In this document: positions 17,655 to 23,987 of the stretch, one piece after another
How the letters are laid out: the number at the start of each line of letters is the position of its first letter
How positions within the stretch are numbered: position 1 is the stretch's first letter
Translations under genes and position numbers: made by a program
The notes under the pieces: model-generated
What the model was told of the DNA's origin: nothing
The model's input: the letters and a program-made list of their open reading frames with translations, nothing else
The model's database searches: none
NCBI GenBank assembly: GCA_013287605.1
Contig: JABDDM010000005.1
Coordinates: 1 to 63,134, forward strand
Reading direction: 5' to 3'
DNA: 63,134 nt
From: Ignavibacteria bacterium
GTDB taxonomy: Bacteria; Bacteroidota; Ignavibacteria; Palsa-1295

Positions 17655-19427
17655 ATGGCGACAGACGTTGTAATGCCCAAAATGGGCGAGAGCATTACCG
17701 AAGGTACCGTGCTTCGTTGGCTAAAAAAAGAAGGGGATACGGTTGCGAAAGATGAACCGATCCTTGAAATATCCACAGACAAAGTTGATACCGAAGTGCC
17801 GTCGCCAGTTGCAGGCACGCTCTTGAAGGTGTTGGTTCAGGAGAAAGAGACCGTTAGCGTTGGGACTCCGATCGCTTCGATAGGTGAAGCGGGAACAGGG
17901 AACGGGGAACAGGGGAAGAGTAAGCCGGCGGCGGTTAAAGCGGAAGTTGTTCCGGCGCCACAGAAGGCAGCTGTTCAGGAGGCTGCACCGCAACAGAAAG
18001 TTGCTCCACAGGCTGCGCAAGCGGCGCCTCCACAGCAAGCGGCAGCGCCAACTGAGCAAGCATCAAGTGGCGGTCAAGGTCAGGCTGTTGTGATGCCCAA
18101 GATGGGCGAGTCGATCACCGAGGGCACGGTGCTTCGGTGGTTGAAGAAAGAAGGAGATGCTGTAAAGAAAGATGAGCCGATCCTTGAGATCTCTACGGAC
18201 AAAGTTGACACGGAAATACCAGCTCCATTTGCGGGCACGCTCTCAAAAATCGTAGCCCAGGAAAAAGAAACCGTTGCGGTTGGTTCGACCATCGCCTACA
18301 TCTCAACCGGCGCTTCACAACCAGCTTCCGCAAAAGCTCCTGCCGCCAAACCTGCTGATCAAGCTGCACCGCAAAGTGCTCCGCAACCGGCCCAGCAACA
18401 ACCAGCTCAGAAACAGGAAACGGCTCCGCAACAAGTGTCGCAGCAAATAGCGGCGCCAGTCAGTCGCGGTACTGGCAATCGATTCTATTCGCCCCTTGTG
18501 CGATCGATCGCAAAAGCGGAATCCATTTCACAGGAAGAACTTGATAGCTTGAAAGGCTCGGGTCTTGAGGGACGAGTCACGAAAGATGATATTCTTGCTT
18601 ACGTCGAAGCCAAGAAATCGGGCAAGGTCGCTCCTGCACAGCAACAGCCTGCGCAAAAGAGCGTCGCGCCGGTAAGTTATGCTCTGCCTGCCGAGGGACA
18701 GTATACTGTGATCCCGATGGACAATATCCGTCAGCGCATCGCCGAGCACATGGTTCGTTCAGTACACACGAGTGCGCATGTCACGAGTGTGACCGAAGTC
18801 GATGTGACGAACATTGTGAACTTCCGCAACAAGTTCAAAGACGAATTCAAATCGCGTTATGGTATCAACCTGACGTACACACCGATCTTCATCGAAGCGA
18901 TGGTCCGCGCGATCCGCGATTTTCCGATCATCAACTCGAGTGTCGATGGAACGAACATTATCGTAAAGAAGGAGATCAACTTTGGTGTCGCAGTGAGTCT
19001 TCCACAAGTCGAGGGTTCTCCGCTTCCTCCAGCGCTCATCGTGCCGGTGATCAAACGCGCCGATGAGTTGAGTCTTCCGGGTCTAGCAAGGGCCGTGAGT
19101 GATCTTGCAGCCCGAGCGCGCACGAAGAAACTTACTCCGGATGACATCTCAGGTGGTACGTTTACACTGACTAATCCTGGCATCTATGGTAATCTCTTCG
19201 GAACGCCGATCATCAATCAGCCGCAGGTTGCAATCATGACAACCGGCGCCATCGTCAAGCGAGTCATTGTGAAGACAGATGAAGCCGGAAATGATACGAT
19301 GGCGATACGGAGTATGATGTACCTGGGGCTTAGCTACGATCACCGCGTGATCGATGGAATGTATGGCGTGAAGTTCACCGATGCGGTGAGGAAGTATCTC
19401 GAGGAGTTCTCAGCAGAGAGTATCTGA
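17655..19427 (+). CDS. 2-oxoacid dehydrogenase E2 (dihydrolipoamide acyltransferase) with two lipoyl domains
   Basis: There are two lipoyl domains ('VVMPKMGESITEGTVLRWLKKEGD...EISTDKVDTE' twice) and Ala/Pro/Gln linkers. The subunit-binding domain is 'FYSPLVRSIAKAESISQEELDSLKGSGLEGRVTKDDILAYV'. The catalytic domain carries 'LSYDHRVIDG'. Confidence 0.93.
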   Translation: MATDVVMPKMGESITEGTVLRWLKKEGDTVAKDEPILEISTDKVDTEVPSPVAGTLLKVLVQEKETVSVGTPIASIGEAGTGNGEQGKSKPAAVKAEVVPAPQKAAVQEAAPQQKVAPQAAQAAPPQQAAAPTEQASSGGQGQAVVMPKMGESITEGTVLRWLKKEGDAVKKDEPILEISTDKVDTEIPAPFAGTLSKIVAQEKETVAVGSTIAYISTGASQPASAKAPAAKPADQAAPQSAPQPAQQQPAQKQETAPQQVSQQIAAPVSRGTGNRFYSPLVRSIAKAESISQEELDSLKGSGLEGRVTKDDILAYVEAKKSGKVAPAQQQPAQKSVAPVSYALPAEGQYTVIPMDNIRQRIAEHMVRSVHTSAHVTSVTEVDVTNIVNFRNKFKDEFKSRYGINLTYTPIFIEAMVRAIRDFPIINSSVDGTNIIVKKEINFGVAVSLPQVEGSPLPPALIVPVIKRADELSLPGLARAVSDLAARARTKKLTPDDISGGTFTLTNPGIYGNLFGTPIINQPQVAIMTTGAIVKRVIVKTDEAGNDTMAIRSMMYLGLSYDHRVIDGMYGVKFTDAVRKYLEEFSAESI

Positions 19428-19431
19428 TTGG

Positions 19432-20607
19432 CTAGTCGCCGAATGCGCTGATGCCGGTGATATCCTGCCCAAGTACGAGCGTATGGATATCATGCGTGCC
19501 TTCGTAAGTCCTGACCGATTCGAGATTGGCCATGTGCCGCATTATTGGGTATTCGCCAAGGATGCCGTTCGCTCCGTGGATATCGCGAGCCACGCGTGCA
19601 ATGTTGAGCGCAATGTCGACATTGTTGCGTTTCGCCAGCGAGACTTGTTGCGGTCTCATTTTGCCTTCGTTCTTGAGTGTACCAAGTCGGAATGCGAGCA
19701 ACTGCGCTTTGGTGATTTCGGTCAGCATCTCGGCTAGCTTCGCCTGGACGAGTTGGAATCCGCCGATCGGCTTCCCAAATTGAATGCGACTCTTAGCGTA
19801 CTCGACCGAAGATTCATAGCAAGCCATTGCTGCGCCGATCGCGCCCCACGCTATACCATAGCGAGCCTGTGTTAGGCATCCGAGTGGACCTTTCAAGCCT
19901 TCAACATTCGGCAGCAGATTCTCCTCTGGCAATTCGACATCCTGAAATACGAGCTCGCTCGTTATGCTTGCTCGGAGCGAGTACTTACCCTTCATCTCTG
20001 GTGCAGTGAAGCCTTTCATTCCTTTCTCGACGAGGAAACCGCGGATGTCTTTCGGATCGTCTCCGTCAAGCTTGGCCCATACCACGGCGACATCCGCGAT
20101 CGAACCGTTCGTGATCCACATCTTTGCACCATTGAGCACAAAGCCGTTCTTGGTGCGTTTTGCTTTCGTGATCATGCCTGATGGGTTCGATCCGAAGTCT
20201 GGCTCGGTAAGTCCAAAGCATCCGACTGCTTCCCCGGTCGCGAGCCTTGGTAGCCACTTCATTCGTTGTTCTTCGGAGCCATAAGCATAGATGGGATACA
20301 TCACGAGCGAACCCTGCACGCTGGCGAATGACCGAATCCCTGAATCACCTCGCTCGAGTTCCTGCATGATGAGACCATAGGCGATGTTGTCCATCCCCGC
20401 GCATCCATACTTCTCCGGAAGCGTCGCACCGAGCAAGCCGAGTGCTCCAATCTTCGGGATCAGGTCTTTCGGGAAAGTCATCGCTTGATTGTGCTGTTCA
20501 ATTATAGGCAGCACCTCAGCTTCGACGAACGAGCGGACGGTGTCACGTACCATTCGCTGGTCTTCGGTCAGCAGCGAGGAGATATCGTAGTAATCGAGAT
20601 TGGTCAT
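19432..20607 (-). CDS. gcdH: glutaryl-CoA dehydrogenase (acyl-CoA dehydrogenase family)
   Basis: 391 aa. 'YGCAGMDNIAYGLIMQELERGDSGIRSFASVQGSLVMYPIYAYGSEEQRMKWLPRLATGEAVGCFGLTEPDFGSNPSGM' closely follows the GCDH consensus as I recall it. Confidence 0.85.
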   Translation of the reverse strand: MTNLDYYDISSLLTEDQRMVRDTVRSFVEAEVLPIIEQHNQAMTFPKDLIPKIGALGLLGATLPEKYGCAGMDNIAYGLIMQELERGDSGIRSFASVQGSLVMYPIYAYGSEEQRMKWLPRLATGEAVGCFGLTEPDFGSNPSGMITKAKRTKNGFVLNGAKMWITNGSIADVAVVWAKLDGDDPKDIRGFLVEKGMKGFTAPEMKGKYSLRASITSELVFQDVELPEENLLPNVEGLKGPLGCLTQARYGIAWGAIGAAMACYESSVEYAKSRIQFGKPIGGFQLVQAKLAEMLTEITKAQLLAFRLGTLKNEGKMRPQQVSLAKRNNVDIALNIARVARDIHGANGILGEYPIMRHMANLESVRTYEGTHDIHTLVLGQDITGISAFGD

Positions 20608-20704
20608 TAAGAGAAAGAAAAAGTAGGGCGGGTTTCAGCCCGCCCACTGCTACAAATATAGCGTGCACTGTGTCATGCGAACTGCGGACTCCAAGTCGCA
20701 GGAA

Positions 20705-20738
20705 TAAAAAGAGGGCCGAAACGATCATTTCGGCCCTC
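20705..20738 (-). terminator. rho-independent terminator after the lipoprotein gene
   Basis: An 11-bp stem, gagggccgaaa (20711-20721) with tttcggccctc (20728-20738), is followed on the minus strand by a T-run (A-run 20706-20710 on plus). A second GC hairpin, gggcggg/cccgccc, lies at 20626-20645. Confidence 0.75.
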
Positions 20739-20758
20739 AAACAAATTTCCAATTCAGG

Positions 20759-21514
20759 TTAGTTACGTCGATAGAGTTTTCGATCGATGACATAATCACC
20801 CTCATACGTGGTCGAACGGATCAATCCTATGTCCTTTGCAAACCATTTCACTAGGAGAATGTGATCATCCTTGCCTTCCTGCTGCTGTGAGTATGTGACT
20901 TCAGTTACGTGATAGTATGTATCATGAGTGCCTGTCGTTCCTTCAAGCCCGACAGTGAAATCGAAGAGGGTTACTCTTGCTTTTACTGTATCGCCAATGT
21001 ATGGATAGAACGTCCAAGTGGATGAGTCCTTCAGTGGTTGCTGCAGATCGAGCCAACGTGTGACCACAGGTTTGTGCTTCTGCGGATCGTAATACCAGGA
21101 GACATTGTACGCTTGATCAGAGCTGATAGCGAACAGTGTATCTGCGCCCGGATTCGACGTATGGTTTTTCCGTTTAGCGAAGTTAGAACGATAATACTGA
21201 AATCCAGAACCGGTGGGCATGGCATAACTGGGCAACTGTTGAAGCTGCTTGCTTGTGAGCATTCCTTGCGTGACGACGATCGCTGTGTCAAACCCGGAAT
21301 AGTGATTGTGCAGACTTGAATCGCGGATCGAATAGAAGAGCGAATCGCCAGGGTGGTCTACGTGCGAATAGATTGTCCGGACGTCGGTGATCGGTTGTGG
21401 AGGCTGAGGAGGGGCATCAACGAACGACGCACAGCCACTGCCGGAGCAAAGTGCTGCCAGAAGCAGCAAGTGCCCAAGAAGGCCTGAGGTTCGTTTTCGT
21501 ATGATCGTATTCAT
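20759..21514 (-). CDS. hypothetical lipoprotein, third gene of the ECF module
   Basis: The start is placed at MNTIIRKRTSGLLGHLLLLAALCSGSGC, a lipobox with Cys. It lies 19 nt downstream of the anti-sigma stop. No family was recognised. Confidence 0.7.
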   Translation of the reverse strand: MNTIIRKRTSGLLGHLLLLAALCSGSGCASFVDAPPQPPQPITDVRTIYSHVDHPGDSLFYSIRDSSLHNHYSGFDTAIVVTQGMLTSKQLQQLPSYAMPTGSGFQYYRSNFAKRKNHTSNPGADTLFAISSDQAYNVSWYYDPQKHKPVVTRWLDLQQPLKDSSTWTFYPYIGDTVKARVTLFDFTVGLEGTTGTHDTYYHVTEVTYSQQQEGKDDHILLVKWFAKDIGLIRSTTYEGDYVIDRKLYRRN

Positions 21515-21533
21515 GATCCGTGTGTGATAATTC

Positions 21534-22937
21534 TTAGAAGCGGTAGGCAAGCCCATATTGGATCCTGCCATTGAGCGTATTGCGAATGTCTGATCCCTGG
21601 AAGATGATCGGCATTTCGCCAGCAGATGATAGCTCACTAGAAATAACGTCGCGCATCAGTGGCGCGGTCGAGTGGATGCGCATCAATGAGAATCCTGCCG
21701 TGCCGGTCAGGTGCTCACCAAACGGTAACTTGAATCCGAGTTCGAACGAGAAGGTATTGCCCTGCGGAATCAGGCCAGCACCACCCGCGATTTCAAGTGC
21801 AAGTCCCGATTGAGGTGAAAGCAAGAAGCGGTGCCCGTAAAATACTTCTTCTGCAAGTTCACGCTGCTCCGAGAGATCGCGATGGACGACGATCGCACTC
21901 GAAGTCGTGCTCTTCACAATTGATGGCAGCGTCTGAAAAATACCAGAAGTAACCCTGAGTCCGACTACATCATGTTCGCCAAGGAAGTATGTTAGGTTGG
22001 CTCTAAAATCGGCAAAAGGATGAACTGTTGGCCCGCTAGCAGGATAGCTAAATCCGCTCGAGGTTTGCAGCCCTAATTCAAAATCAGAAATACCAGCAGG
22101 ACGATCGATGCCGATCGGTCGAATGTGCGTTAGAAAGTTCGTGCTGTGATAGCTGCTGCCAGCACTCGCGGCAATCGCAGTGTGAGGTGCCACCATCGTC
22201 ACAGAAGCAATGGATGCTTCATTGGCTACGGCTGACAGCACGTTTGCCTGCTCGGTAGCACTTGGTTGCGCAGAAATGTTTTGATCGGATGAATTTGGCA
22301 CCGGCAAAAGATCTGCATTTGCCTGGAATTCAGCCGAACGAGGTCCATGCTGTTGAACAGCATATACCCGATTGGTCACATGCACGTCACGAGAAATCCC
22401 GGCGGTGGGATTGACCGAACGAGTTGCTTGAGAAATATTCGCCTCCTGCTTTTTCAGCGAGCTTAGAGCCAGTCCGCCATTCGATGGTACATCACTTGGA
22501 GTCGTATTGTCTGGCTTGTCGATACTGCTGCTTTGCGAAGCAATGCTCGAACTCGTGGCAACAACATGATCACTACTTGAAGTTAACTCATAGATCGTAT
22601 AGCCTAAAACACCGAAGAGTAAGAGAGCAGCAGAAAGCCGGAACCACGAGTTCCACCAGAAGTAACCTGTACGGCGACGCTCAGCGGCGGCGAGTTGACT
22701 GACGTGTGTAAGGACACGCTCTTCGAGGGCAGGAGAGATGCTGCTTGCGAGAACAGCACGCTGCGAAATCTGCTGAAGTTGCTCATGCTCTGTAAAGAGC
22801 TGGCGGATTTCAGGGCTTACGCTTGCGCGATGCAAGAGCTCAGCACGTTCCGTGTCGCCGAGCTCGCCATCCATGTATTGAATGATGCGCTCCTCGACTG
22901 AACCCGCCGACATCGATTGTAGGTTTGTTTGTTTCAT
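21534..22937 (-). CDS. anti-sigma factor-like membrane protein with a C-terminal beta-barrel-like domain
   Basis: The N-terminus 'EERIIQYMDGELGDTERAELLHRASVSPEIRQLF' is an anti-sigma N-domain without the CxxC motif. One TM helix follows ('LSAALLLFGVLGYTIYEL'), then a Ser/Ala/Thr-rich linker of about 170 aa. The C-terminal 170 aa or so show alternating amphipathic strands and end '...GRIQYGLAYRF'. There is a 4-nt ATGA overlap with the sigma gene. Confidence 0.75.
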   Translation of the reverse strand: MKQTNLQSMSAGSVEERIIQYMDGELGDTERAELLHRASVSPEIRQLFTEHEQLQQISQRAVLASSISPALEERVLTHVSQLAAAERRRTGYFWWNSWFRLSAALLLFGVLGYTIYELTSSSDHVVATSSSIASQSSSIDKPDNTTPSDVPSNGGLALSSLKKQEANISQATRSVNPTAGISRDVHVTNRVYAVQQHGPRSAEFQANADLLPVPNSSDQNISAQPSATEQANVLSAVANEASIASVTMVAPHTAIAASAGSSYHSTNFLTHIRPIGIDRPAGISDFELGLQTSSGFSYPASGPTVHPFADFRANLTYFLGEHDVVGLRVTSGIFQTLPSIVKSTTSSAIVVHRDLSEQRELAEEVFYGHRFLLSPQSGLALEIAGGAGLIPQGNTFSFELGFKLPFGEHLTGTAGFSLMRIHSTAPLMRDVISSELSSAGEMPIIFQGSDIRNTLNGRIQYGLAYRF

Positions 22938-23692
22938 CGTGCGTAAACCTCCTCTTCGTCCTCGTGTCCTTTGTCCTGGTGCAGGGTCACCGTATCTGTG
23001 GGCTCAGTTTCCTCTGAAGCTGGCTGGGAAAACGTTTCCCGCGACCTCTGGCCCATGTTCCCGAAATACGGCTGCAGCAATTCTCGCAATCTTTTTTTAG
23101 CGCGTGTGATACGAACTTTGACGTTCATCACGGTGGTGTTGGCTACCTGTGCGATCTCTTCGTACGTGTAACCTTCGAATTCTCGAAGTAGAAATGCATC
23201 GCGGTACATCGGCGCGAGCTTACTCAGTGCGAGCTTCAGCAGATCGTCCGTCTGCATCGCCTCTCGCGGGTCGATCGTCAATTCCTTGTACTCCAGTCCC
23301 TCTCCATCCTGGCTATTGGAGAGCGCCGAACCGGAAGACGTAATTGGGACAAATTCCGGTGTAAATTTGCTTGTTCGGAGCATATTGAGGCAAACCGAAC
23401 GTGTAATCAGCATCAACCAACTCTTGAGCGCCTTGGGCTCGCGAAGCTGTTCGCGATGGGTAAAAACCCTCGCAAAGACTTCCTGGAAGGCATCTTCGGC
23501 GAGAACGCGGTCGCCGGTGTAATACAGACAGTACGAGTATACGTGCTGTCGATGGCGCGCATAAATAAACTTGAAGCCGGAAATCTCCCCGCGAATAAAT
23601 GCCTCAATCTGAAGCCTATCCGCCTGATCCTGATCAGGAGTAGTCTCTGGAAGTCCTGTTTCAGCTCGGCTTGCGCCTCGTCGATCCATCAA
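22934..23692 (-). CDS. ECF-type RNA polymerase sigma-70 family factor with an acidic C-terminal extension
   Basis: Region 2 is 'HVYSYCLYYTGDRVLAEDAFQEVFARVF'. Region 4 is 'MYRDAFLLREFEGYTYEEIAQVANTTVMNVKVRITRAKKRLRELL'. A tail of about 45 aa ends 'HEDEEEVYAR'. Confidence 0.9.
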   Translation of the reverse strand: MMDRRGASRAETGLPETTPDQDQADRLQIEAFIRGEISGFKFIYARHRQHVYSYCLYYTGDRVLAEDAFQEVFARVFTHREQLREPKALKSWLMLITRSVCLNMLRTSKFTPEFVPITSSGSALSNSQDGEGLEYKELTIDPREAMQTDDLLKLALSKLAPMYRDAFLLREFEGYTYEEIAQVANTTVMNVKVRITRAKKRLRELLQPYFGNMGQRSRETFSQPASEETEPTDTVTLHQDKGHEDEEEVYAR

Positions 23693-23812
23693 GAAATTCC
23701 GTACTGCGGATCAGTGCACTTGGGTCATCCGCAGGGATAAAGACACCTTTTCCACGGCTTGGGTTACAAAAGCACGAATTTTTGCTGAGAACGCAAATTC
23801 CCGGTCTAATTA

Positions 23813-23847
23813 CGAATTGGACCAAAATTTGGTCGTTCCAGAATTCG
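23813..23847. promoter_or_regulatory. palindromic candidate operator in the divergent sigma/adhesin intergenic region
   Basis: The perfect palindrome gaccaaa-a-tttggtc (23820-23834) is flanked by cgaatt (23813-23818) and aattcg (23842-23847). Confidence 0.35.
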
Positions 23848-23987
23848 GGCATCGAACGGGCATTGAAGTTGAGGGCGAGGGTGTTGCATTACTGATTGAT
23901 TGTGTCAACAAACGACGAAGAGTTGCTTCCGCTCCGGGCCAACTTTCTTTGTCGCACCTTCACCAGAACACTCACATCTGAACCGAT

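Noticed and set aside
17930-18460. Ala/Pro/Gln-rich repetitive DNA in the E2 gene.
   Set aside because: These are ordinary flexible inter-domain linkers of 2-oxoacid dehydrogenase E2 proteins.
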